Source: Thermoplasmatota archaeon
GTDB taxonomy: Archaea > Thermoplasmatota > Thermoplasmata > Thermoplasmatales > ARK-15
Length of the DNA: 51,967 bases
Reading direction: 5' to 3'
NCBI GenBank assembly: GCA_031961605.1
Contig: JAVRLH010000001.1
Coordinates: 1 to 51,967, forward strand
The notes below the pieces were generated by a model. The model saw nothing but the letters and a program-made list of their open reading frames with translations. It searched no databases and had not been told where the DNA came from. The position numbers were made by a program, and so were the translations under genes. Below are positions 16,539-26,900 of this stretch, piece after piece; position 1 is the first letter of the stretch, and the number at the start of each line of letters is the position of its first letter.

Positions 16539-17449
16539 TCAATTGATCCCAATTCAATCTCAATTTTAAACCTTTTTCCCCTCCTTATTATTTCTAGATC
16601 AACAATTTTTCCAGGACCTTCACTTTCAAGTATGTATTTGAGATGATCAATTCCATCAAGATTTTTATCATTAACACTGCTTATTATATCTCCCCTTCTC
16701 AAACCTGCATGGTATGCTGGGGAATTTAAGGAAACATCAGTAATCAGAACACCATTTCTTATGGGCAGCGCATAATAGTTTGATATTGAATCATTTATTG
16801 TAATACCATAAATACCCAGATAGGGCTTTATGATCTTTCCATAAGTTTTTAGAGAATCCAGAAGTTTTTTAACGTTGTTTATTGGAATTGCAAAACCTAT
16901 TCCATGTGCAAATGGTATCATGGCTGATGTTATTCCAATAACCTCACCATTCATGTTAACAAGAGGACCACCACTGTTCCCTGGGTTTATTGCAGCATCT
17001 GTCTGTATAAGATCCTCAAATACACCTAATTCAGATTTTATTGATCTCTTTACTGCACTGACAATTCCCATGGTTACGGTTGGTGATCCAAGAATGCCCA
17101 GGGGGTTTCCAACTGCAAGAACAATCTGACCAACCTTAATTTTATCCGAATCTCCAAGAACCATTGGTTGTGTATCAAGATCCTCAACATGTATGAATGC
17201 TATGTCAAGTGTTGGATCCGTATCCAGAACTTGCCCCGTAAAACTCCTTCCATCGTTTGTTGTCACATTAACATAATCTGAATTCAGTGTAACATGGTTG
17301 TTTGTTACAATAAGATCCTTTGCAACAACAAATCCTGAACCTGAGCCCTTCATTTCCTCCATGTTGTAGTATCTGTCCAGAATTATCTTTTCCACATTGA
17401 TGTTAACAACTCCGCCTATTACCTTATCAACAACATCCTGTGTTTCCAT
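16535..17449 (-). CDS. HtrA/DegP-type trypsin-like serine protease with PDZ domain
   Basis: TNNHV, DIAFIHV and INPGNSGGPLVN catalytic-triad contexts, plus a C-terminal PDZ-like domain (AGLRRGDIISSVN). Confidence 0.88.
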   Translation of the reverse strand: METQDVVDKVIGGVVNINVEKIILDRYYNMEEMKGSGSGFVVAKDLIVTNNHVTLNSDYVNVTTNDGRSFTGQVLDTDPTLDIAFIHVEDLDTQPMVLGDSDKIKVGQIVLAVGNPLGILGSPTVTMGIVSAVKRSIKSELGVFEDLIQTDAAINPGNSGGPLVNMNGEVIGITSAMIPFAHGIGFAIPINNVKKLLDSLKTYGKIIKPYLGIYGITINDSISNYYALPIRNGVLITDVSLNSPAYHAGLRRGDIISSVNDKNLDGIDHLKYILESEGPGKIVDLEIIRRGKRFKIEIELGSIE

Positions 17450-17503
17450 AAATTTAGTTCATGAAAATATCTATTAAAACTTTTGTTATTATGTGAACAA
17501 AAC

Positions 17504-18586
17504 ATGAACATTGATGATGAGATAAAAAGAATCGAAGAAGAGATAAGGAAAACTCAATACAACAAGGCTACTGAACATCATATCGGAAGATTAAAGGCAA
17601 AGATTGCAAGGTTAAAGGAGCTGAAAGAAGCATCAAAAAAAGGTTCAGGTAAGGTTCAGGGTATTAAGAAATCGGGTAATGCAATGGTTTCAATTGTTGG
17701 CTATCCAAGCGTTGGAAAAAGTACTTTATTTACAAAATTGACAAAAAAAGAGAGCGAAATTGGTGATTACGATTTCACCACAATAAACATAATACCGGGC
17801 ATGATGGAACATAAAAATGCAAAAATCCAGATACTTGATATGCCAGGTTTGATTGAAGGTGCACAAGAAGGAAAAGGGAAGGGAAAGGAATTACTCAGCG
17901 TTATAAGGATTTCAGATTTGATAATGATTGTTATGGATGTTTATAAACCAGATCCATCACCAATAATAAAGATACTTGAAGATTCAGGAATAAGGTTGAA
18001 CAGAAGAAAGCCAAACATAAGCTTAATAAAAAAAGAAAGGGGAGGTTTGAACGTTCAGTATACTGTTACACAGGATCTTGATGATGAATCAATAAAGGAA
18101 ATTATAAGGGAGTTCAGGATAGTAAACGCTGATGTAATAATTAGGGATAGAATAGATATGAACGATCTTATAGATTTTTTATCAGGAAACAGGTCATATG
18201 TTAGTGCAATATTTGTTTTGAACAAAATTGATGAGGATCCCGAATTTATTAAATCCGGAACATTTCAGTATTTGAATGAAAAGTATGATTTCATTGTAAT
18301 TTCAGCAAAGTTTGATGAAAACATTGAAAAATTGAAAGATAAAATTTATGAAAAACTTGATCTCATAACAATAAAATTAAAACCTTTGGATAAGAATGAG
18401 GAACACATGGTGATAAGGAGGGATTCAACTGTTGAAATGGTCTGCAGGGCAATACATAAAGATTTTGTAAAAAATTTCAAATATGCACTTGTATGGGGGC
18501 CAAGCGCTAAGTATCCGGGGCAGAGGGTTGGTTTGAATCACATTTTAATGGATGGTGACACAATAACAATTTTTTTGAGAAAATGA
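17504..18586 (+). CDS. DRG-family (developmentally regulated) GTP-binding protein with C-terminal TGS domain
   Basis: Motifs GYPSVGKSTL (G1), DMPGLIEGA (G3) and NKID (G4). I prefer the ATG at 17504 over the upstream TTG at 17483. Confidence 0.88.
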   Translation: MNIDDEIKRIEEEIRKTQYNKATEHHIGRLKAKIARLKELKEASKKGSGKVQGIKKSGNAMVSIVGYPSVGKSTLFTKLTKKESEIGDYDFTTINIIPGMMEHKNAKIQILDMPGLIEGAQEGKGKGKELLSVIRISDLIMIVMDVYKPDPSPIIKILEDSGIRLNRRKPNISLIKKERGGLNVQYTVTQDLDDESIKEIIREFRIVNADVIIRDRIDMNDLIDFLSGNRSYVSAIFVLNKIDEDPEFIKSGTFQYLNEKYDFIVISAKFDENIEKLKDKIYEKLDLITIKLKPLDKNEEHMVIRRDSTVEMVCRAIHKDFVKNFKYALVWGPSAKYPGQRVGLNHILMDGDTITIFLRK

Positions 18587-19420
18587 TCACATATAGCCAA
18601 GTTTTCTCAGCTTTTCCATCATTCCTTCCTTGTCCTGGGACCTGCCCGCCCTCTCTTTTGTATGCTCAAGATCCTGCTCCCATGCGGGTCTTGTGTCAAC
18701 AGGTTTTGAGTCAAACTTTCCATCTATTGATCTGTATCCTTTCTTGTAAAGGGGATGTATTGGAAGGTTAAATTTGAAAGTATATTCCCATACATTCCTT
18801 TCTGTGAATGGGAGTATTGGGTGAACCCTTAAATGTGGCGGATCCTCCCTTGGACTTATGAAAACCTCCCAGGATCTTGCGGGATTTTCATCCCATCTTA
18901 TGCCTGTGAAAAGTGCGTCAATCCTGTACTTTCTAATTGCATCATTCATTGCAACGGTCTTGAGCAAATGGTTTCCTATGTCTGAATCAAGCGAATATTC
19001 TAAATATTCTCCCTCAAAACCGATCTTTTCAGCCTCTTTTTTGTTTTCATCGCTCAGATCCTTTATGTATATTTTTCCATCCTTCACCTTTGAAAGTACA
19101 TCATCGTTCCTTGCAAAAATAACTTTGAAATTCCAGTCTTTGCTTACTTTTTCCAGCATTTCCAGTGTTTCATCGTAATGCTGGCCATGATCTATGAAAA
19201 GTGCGGGTGGCATTTCCATATTTCTTTCCTTCACAACCTCCCTAACAAGGTGAAGAACAACCATACTGTCCTTTCCAGCGCTCCATACAACAAATGGTCT
19301 TTTGAACCTATCTAATGCATCATTTATAACGATCTTTGCAATTCCAATCTTTGCGTTCAGTGATAATCCTCCTTCTATTCTTAGTTTTTCATTTTGCATA
19401 GCTTCAAAAATGCGAATCAA
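18587..19420 (-). CDS. PAPS reductase / PP-loop ATPase family protein
   Basis: FVVWSAGKDSMVVLHL PP-loop-like motif and a C-terminal region resembling the PAPS-reductase family. The start may be the ATG at 19399. Confidence 0.7.
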   Translation of the reverse strand: MIRIFEAMQNEKLRIEGGLSLNAKIGIAKIVINDALDRFKRPFVVWSAGKDSMVVLHLVREVVKERNMEMPPALFIDHGQHYDETLEMLEKVSKDWNFKVIFARNDDVLSKVKDGKIYIKDLSDENKKEAEKIGFEGEYLEYSLDSDIGNHLLKTVAMNDAIRKYRIDALFTGIRWDENPARSWEVFISPREDPPHLRVHPILPFTERNVWEYTFKFNLPIHPLYKKGYRSIDGKFDSKPVDTRPAWEQDLEHTKERAGRSQDKEGMMEKLRKLGYM

Positions 19421-19472
19421 TATATAAATATTTCAAAAATTTTTAAATATTTGTAAATTTATAGTATGTTGA

Positions 19473-20186
19473 ATGAGAATTGGTATAATAACAGAAAATT
19501 TCAGAATTTACCATGAGGTTTCGGAAGAACTTACAAAAAGGGGAGTGGATTTTGTTTATATAAAGAATAAAAAAATACCTGAGGATGTCTGTGTTGTTCT
19601 TACAAGTGAAAATATAGATTTTGAACCAAAAATTTTCATTCATGATGTTTTAAGTGCTGTAAGAATGGCCATGAGCTATCTGTATGGTAAAAAAAAGTTC
19701 CAGAGGATTGTGATGGGAATAGATCCGGGTATGAGAACAGGACTTGCTGTTTTCGGTGATGATGTTTTTCTTGAGGGTTATGAGTTTACAGATATTGATG
19801 ATCTTTTGAATACAGTAAGAGAAATTGTAGAACATTACAGTCCTGAAAACGTTATTGTTAAAGTTGGAAACGGTGATGTACCGCACAGAAACAGGATCAT
19901 TAATAATTTGATAAATAGTTTTAAAGTTGAGCTGGTTAATGAAAACAATACCACCCAGCTTAAAAACAGGAACATTGAAGCGGCAAAGAAGATAGCATTT
20001 CTGAGCGGAAATGAAATAAAGAAAAGGATGCGAACAAGGATCAGTGATGGCGAAATAAAGGAAATCCAGAGGAAAAGCAGGCTTGAAAGCAATAACATTG
20101 TAACAATTTCAAGGAAGCTTGCATTAAAGGTTTTGAAAGGTGAAATGGATATTAAAGAGGCAATAGAAATACAAAAAGGAAAATGA
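19473..20186 (+). CDS. hypothetical protein with RNase H-fold (RuvC/YqgF-like) nuclease motif
   Basis: IVMGIDPGMRTGLAVFGDDV resembles the first-strand motif of RuvC/YqgF-type nucleases. The rest is uncharacterised. Confidence 0.4.
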   Translation: MRIGIITENFRIYHEVSEELTKRGVDFVYIKNKKIPEDVCVVLTSENIDFEPKIFIHDVLSAVRMAMSYLYGKKKFQRIVMGIDPGMRTGLAVFGDDVFLEGYEFTDIDDLLNTVREIVEHYSPENVIVKVGNGDVPHRNRIINNLINSFKVELVNENNTTQLKNRNIEAAKKIAFLSGNEIKKRMRTRISDGEIKEIQRKSRLESNNIVTISRKLALKVLKGEMDIKEAIEIQKGK

Positions 20187-20188
20187 TT

Positions 20189-20944
20189 TTATCTTTTCCA
20201 TTTTGGAATTGAAGGTCTCTTTTTGCTCTGGCTGAAGGTGAAATAGAAGAAAATAATGATTATAACAATAAAGGCTATTATGTACCATACCCAGGTGTAA
20301 TCTGGCGGTTTACCATAGTAAAATTCAATTGAATATGTTCTGGATCCGCTTGAAAATTCAAGAACGTTTGAATTTATTGTTGCAGTTAAAGTATGTGATC
20401 CATTGGAAATTATACCAACGTAATTGTACGTTACGTTGATTGTTGAATTTGGTGATATTGATGGAACAGTTACATTTCCAAGCATTGATCTATCAAGGTA
20501 AAATGTTACATTCACATTCTCTATTTTGTATGCTGTTGGATTCTTAACCTTTACAATAAAGGGTATGGGTTTTATAACCTTCACTGGAAGATATGTAATA
20601 TCGATTGCTGGTTTTGATCCGTTAACAATTCCAACAGCCTGAAGGTAAATGTAAACTGTTTGGGGTGTTGAAGGAAACGTTATGTTAACTGTGAATACAT
20701 TGTTTGATGATGAGTTGAAAGTCTCATTTATTGGTATTGCACCTGTAAGGTTCTGTCCTGCAAGTAAAACATGGATCTGATATTCATCAAAGTATCCATT
20801 TACGTAAATCTTATACTGGTATGTTTGCCCTGTACCAACCATTGTGGGGCCGGTTATGGTTGATGAAATGGCTCTTGCGTCTGAAAGAGGCACAATAATC
20901 AATGAAAAAATAATAATGATTGAAATTATGTGTGAAACTTTCAT
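20189..20944 (-). CDS. secreted, C-terminally membrane-anchored beta-rich surface protein, sequon-rich (putative N-glycoprotein)
   Basis: Signal peptide (MKVSHIISIIIIFSLIIVPLSDARA), about ten N-x-S/T sequons, and a C-terminal TM plus basic tail (KKRPSIPKWKR). ATGA overlap with the aglB stop. Confidence 0.7.
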   Translation of the reverse strand: MKVSHIISIIIIFSLIIVPLSDARAISSTITGPTMVGTGQTYQYKIYVNGYFDEYQIHVLLAGQNLTGAIPINETFNSSSNNVFTVNITFPSTPQTVYIYLQAVGIVNGSKPAIDITYLPVKVIKPIPFIVKVKNPTAYKIENVNVTFYLDRSMLGNVTVPSISPNSTINVTYNYVGIISNGSHTLTATINSNVLEFSSGSRTYSIEFYYGKPPDYTWVWYIIAFIVIIIIFFYFTFSQSKKRPSIPKWKR

Positions 20945-23900
20945 TTCTTTTTCCTCCTGGTGAATGCTACAAAGAGCATAAAGCCGGTTATTATTACCAC
21001 AGTTACAATTAATAATTCAGTTAAGAACAATGTCAGATTTGGTATAACATATGTAACGTTTCCATTGCTCACTATGCTCTGAACAGGCTGAACATAAACA
21101 ATGTTTAATGTATAATTCGATGTGTATTCCCTGTTTCCTGAAAATGCTGCCACAATAACTTCAACCTTCAAGGCATGGGTGGAAGAAATTGGTGTAAGTT
21201 TAACAGTAAACGTGTTCTGTGACCAGGAACCAACAGTTATATTGTTATTTTCAATTGAATAGTTCCATCCCAGGGACTTTAATTCAATATTGTTAAGAAT
21301 CGTTAGATTATATTTTTCAAAATCGTTTCCATGGTTTACTATTGTGAAATTGAGAAGAACAGAATTTCCTGAAATTACAATATTTGAAGGCTTTTCTATT
21401 GTTGTATTATGGTAAACGGTCACGTTCAAAGCAATATTTGTGAATGATATCAAGGACTGGTTGTATATGCCCCTGATCTCTATGGTGTTAACACCAATCG
21501 TCATCTTATCTGACACAACAACATTCACTTTTAGAATTTCTGTTTTGTCTGGGTAAATGTTCATGCTCTTCTGGCTAAATGTAACATTCCAAGGTTCTGT
21601 TGATTCAAAAGAAACATTTTCCGGAATGTTTCCTGTGTTCTTTACAGATACAACGAAAGTTAGATTTTCACCAACGTTTCCTGTTAGTGTTGGGGATAAA
21701 TCTGACATTATTATATCATGCAAAGTATTTCTGTTCATCTGGATATTCATTGTTGTTGATCTTGTTAAATTGACTGTATAATTCAAAGAATAATTTATTT
21801 TCATTCCATATTCCTTGTTTGTGGTATGTGCATTTATTGTGTAGTATCCCTGTGGTAGATTAATTGAAGCGAATCCATTTAAAGCTGTGATGTTGTAAAA
21901 TGAACCATTTCCACTCAAAGTAACATTTCCCGTGTATGTTCTGTTTGCATATGTAATGAAAAGGTTAAGGTTGTAACCCTTAACAAGGTTTATGTTGAAT
22001 TGAACATTTTTTCCGATAGAAACATTAACATGGCCAAGATAGCTGGCCGAGTATCCGGGATAGTAAACATAAACTGTGTAATTACCTGGTGGAATGGAGA
22101 TGTTGTAGAATCCTGATGAATCAGAAGTAGCTGTATAATAAGTCCTGTTGTTATAAAGAACAACATTTGCCCAGCTCAAAGAGTTGGAGGAGTAATAAAC
22201 ATGACCGAAAACACTTGAAAGATACTCGTATCCATGAACATAGAGGTTAACTGTTGTGTTTCCAAGAACAAATGTTGAATTTTGGGCCGTATAAATGTAA
22301 GGAACTGTTCCTGAAACAATATTTTCCACCGAGAATCTATAGTATCCTGTTGGTAATAGAAGTTCTGTGAATGTTTGTACTGGCTTAATCAGAACCATAT
22401 TGCCATACTCAATTTTCATATTCAGGGGCTTGGAATAATTTTTAATGTTTATGGAAACATAATTGCCATACGTGTAAGATAGTGTGATAAATGAATTCTT
22501 TGTTATATTTTGTGATCCAATGTAAACAAGGTTACCGCCAAATACGTACAATGTATATATACCAGGTTCTATTGAAATGTTGTTTCCTGAGTTTACAAGG
22601 TTACCCTGTGTGTTGAACCAGTATATGTTGTTTAGATTCGTTAAAACACTTACCCTTGCAAATATTTTTATGTCCAAATTTTCATTGAGAGAATAGGTAC
22701 TAGTATTAACATATATTTCCGATGGTGTTGCATAACTTTCAGTGTTTTCTGTTATTACATAAACTGAATAGTTCCCAGGAGGTAAATTAACACTGTATGA
22801 ATTTCCAGAAACATTTGAATAATAGGTTCTATTGCTGGATTTGAATACAATTTTAATATTTCCAGTGTACTGTGAAGGATAAACAACATTACCATAAACA
22901 TTAACATTTGTTGGTATCATATTTATTGTGTAATTTAGATTTGAAACAATGTTTTTCATATTATAACCATACGCAAATGCAGAAAATGAAAAATTGTTAC
23001 CCAAAACATAGAAATGGAAACTCCCATCAGACTGGATGTTCTGAACGTAGTATGGTTCATTGTTGTATTTTAAGAAAACAACAGCGTGTGTTATAACGAC
23101 CGAATTTGTCATTGCCTGCCCAGAAACACTCCTTGCAATCTGCAGGGTAATGTTGTAAATAACGTTACTGAAAATTGAAATTTTCATGTAATAAGCGTAA
23201 GGTACAGAAGTTGAAGAGTTAAAGCCAACAACACCGAGGTTGTAAATCCCCTGAGGTACATACACTGAAAAGTAACCTGAGTTGTTCGTATAAGCTCTAA
23301 CAAAATTGTTGTTCTGGAAAAGCACAACACCTGCATCCGGTATTGGATACTTTCCATATTTCACATAGCCTGAAAATTCCACCGCATTTGTTAAATTGAA
23401 GACAAGTGATGAATTTTTCATTGGTACATAGTATCCAATGTAAACGTAATGATCATTGTTGTAGAAATAATCGATGTAAATTGAATAGTACATATCAGGT
23501 AGTGTTAATGAGAATTGACCTGATAAATTTGTCACAACAACCTGAGAATTTTCATGTGTGAATTCATCTGTGAACCTTACTATTGCACCTGAAGCAGGTT
23601 TATTGTTTAAGAGAACAGTACCATTCAATGTGTAAGCTGTTAGTATATTGAAATTTAAAGTGCTTGATGAATTGAAGGATGAAAATGATGCAACCTGGTA
23701 GGATGAATAATATCCCAATTTTTCAACATTTACCCTGTATGATCCAGGTAAAATGTAAAGTGTATATGATCCATACTGATCCGTTTTTGTTTCATATTTC
23801 TGCATTCCATATGCCCATACAGTAACATTTTTTGCAGCTCTACCATTCTGATATGATACAGTTCCTGTTATTTTATCCGGATAAATAACAACATCATGCG

Positions 23901-26900
23901 TGATGTTTTGGTTTTGATTAACTGTCACATTTCCAACATTATAGTAAGATCCATTTATTTCAACACTTATGTTATATGTATGCGGTATGATGTTATTAAT
24001 TCTGTAATAACCCGATTTTGAAACTTTTGCCGAATAGTTCAAAGAATATGTTGTATTTGTTAAATGTAAAGTTGATCCTGATGGTATATAATCACCAGGC
24101 ATGTATGTGTTGTTTTTCATAATATTGTAATAAACCATACCATCAATATTGGATGAATTAACAATAAAGTTCTTTGTTAAAATATAACTTGGATTACCGT
24201 TTGGTTGTATTCCTGTGGAGATCCTCAATGCCTGATTTTCTGAAACAAAAATTTTTGTTTCGTTGAGAATTGTGCTTTCATGGAGGTAGAGTTTGTTCAT
24301 GTTTCCATTTGTTGAAACAATTAAGGTATCATTGCCTGCAACTGCATAAACAGTGTAATAGCCCGAAGAATTTGTGTATGTGTATGTGTGCGGTATACCG
24401 TACTGGTCATAAAGTGTTACAAGAACATTCGAAAGTGGATCACCGTTTGGCAAAGTAACTCTTCCCTGTATTATTGCACCAGGGTAGAATTTTACAAGTA
24501 CAACATTTGCTGGTAAAAGTTCGTTACCGGGTGGGAATAAAAGAACAGTTCCATTATTTGTTTGCTGAAGATAATAAGCCTCCTGCAATGATACAGCCTT
24601 CCATGCGTTTGTGTGGTTTTGATAATCTTTGTAGGGATTCCAAAATGATGTGCTGTAAACAACCTCAAAGTGTGTTAAATTCCATGCTGGCATGATTGGA
24701 TAATATCTCGTTTGGTTTGAAAGACCAGGTATGTAAGGACCTATGCCAACGTTTAAACCAGAATAACCAACATAAATCCTGTAAAGCATGGTGTTAAAGA
24801 ATGCTGGATTGTATGATATAACATAGTTAACAATCTGGGCAGTGGGTGGAACTGCATTCAGAGGATATGTATTTCCAGAAATATTTTCAGCAAGTATATT
24901 ATAATACTCCGTTGGTATAAACTGGCCGTTTATTATCTGTGTTGGTCTGTCAGAGAGAAATGCTGGTGCATAGAATATTCCAGTCTGTGTTCCAGATATA
25001 GGGAAAAGCCTGTAATCAACACCGAAGTATTCAATGCTGTAACCAGTTACCCTTTCAAGATTAACGTAAAGGTCAACAAGAACATTTTCAGGATACTGTG
25101 AAAGATCTCCCTTAACCAGAGCATACTTTGCATTGATCGTTGTTAAATTGTTTGTGTAATTCCCATATTTCTGTGGATTTGATAAAACAAGATTTATATA
25201 ATATGATGGATTCTTTGAAATATTGAAATAATAGTTCAAAATATTCTGCTCCTCCTGAGCGCCAAGATATTGAATTAATATTTTTTCCACCTGATTTGCC
25301 ATGGATGAATTGTAAAGTGCAGCATCAAGGATCCTTGCAATCAAAAGTGATATTGCATTGCTTTCATTCTGTGTTGTTAAAAACTGTCCAGCGATCTGAT
25401 ATCCATTCTGGAAGTTATCTGCAACTGTTGGATGCTGTCCTTCTTCTATCTCCTGGAATCCATAGTCCCACCAAGACAGGAATGCAGGCCGGTACTGACT
25501 TGTTTGGTTTGAATCCTGCGTGCTCAACCAGATCATTGCGTTCTGCCATGGATCGTTCTGCTTTGTTGTAATCTCGATACCATAGGCACCAAGATACCAG
25601 AGCCCTGAATAGTTCTGGGGTTTGAAGTAAGAAGGCATAACGTTGTAGATCTGTTGGTCATAAACAGTCTTGTTGTTGTAGGGTATTGCTGAATCAACAG
25701 CACCCCACATGTTTGGTAAAATAACAAACACTGCTATGAGAATTATAGCAATAACTTTCGTCCATTTTATACTTTTTCTGAAAGCTACCCTTATTGAATA
25801 ATTGAAAGCCCTGAAAGTTTTACCTATTTCCTCAAGGTGAAGCTTTGTTACTATTATATCAAGCATGTATGCTGCTGGTATAATAAAGCCCGGTGATGCG
25901 TTGTATATGAACCTTGCAGCTGCAAATGCCATGTAAACACTAACGAGAGAAAATATGACAAAGAATAGATAATATTCATTCTTGTTTTTTCTTATGTCGT
26001 AAATCATGAAGAAAAGACCTGCAACAAAAAGGAAGAAAACACCAACACTTGCATTCATTATTATTTCACCAAGTGTTGGAGACTGTGCTTCAGCTATTGT
26101 CATGTACATTGGTGTCTTTATGAAATAACCTGCACCTGAAAGTGCGTAGTTTATAATGCTTGGGTAGTAAATTTTTACAAATATGATAGCTATTATGGAA
26201 AGTACAATAACAATTGAATAAGTGAAAGTCCAGGGCCATTTTTGCGCGAACTCAAAGAACAATGTTGCCAAAATTACGAAAATGAGTAAATAGAATGGTG
26301 CACTCATCCATGGACTAACCATGTGTGTTATAAAGAAATATGGAAATCCTATGGGGTATGAAAAAAGACCGAAGAATATGGTAATCCAAAGTATATGGAA
26401 GGATGAAACGTTCCTTATTTTGTTGTAAAATATCTGGATAACAAGGTATATTAGAATAATTGCTTCAATGTAAGCAAAACCCTGCCACATTGCCTGTATT
26501 GTACCAAAACTAACACCTGCAAGCATTGAATATATTACAGTCAATTTGTTCTCCCTGAAGAATTTCAATGTTCCATTCTTCCAGCTTGAAAGGCTTAGAT
26601 AATTATCAACCCAAACTGTTCTATTTACACTCTTCAAAGCCTTAATGAAGAAATAAAATGTCCAAACAGCAAAGAACAAAATTACATCATCATAACCGTT
26701 CCAGGATGCCACACTCCTCATCATGTTTGATGCACTTGTGGCAATAAGTAATGCTGAAATGATACCAACCCTTCTGTTGAATGCCTCCTTACCAATCAGA
26801 TATGTTGGTATTGCAATTAAGGCACCGAATATTGCAGTAATAAGCATCATTGAATATCCAAGTGCATTCATCATACTTCCTGCAAATGGTAAGAAAATGT

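Noticed and set aside
18583-18771. 62-aa plus-strand ORF overlapping the DRG stop
   Set aside because: It is antisense to the C-terminus of the PAPS-reductase-family gene. Pro/Ser/Cys-rich, with no support.
21557-25727. Several 60-90-aa ORFs on either strand inside aglB (e.g. 21557-21781, 22908-23096, 24270-24695, 25296-25571, 25533-25727)
   Set aside because: All are embedded in the continuous 2089-codon aglB frame and show no motifs. They are expected by chance in a long gene.
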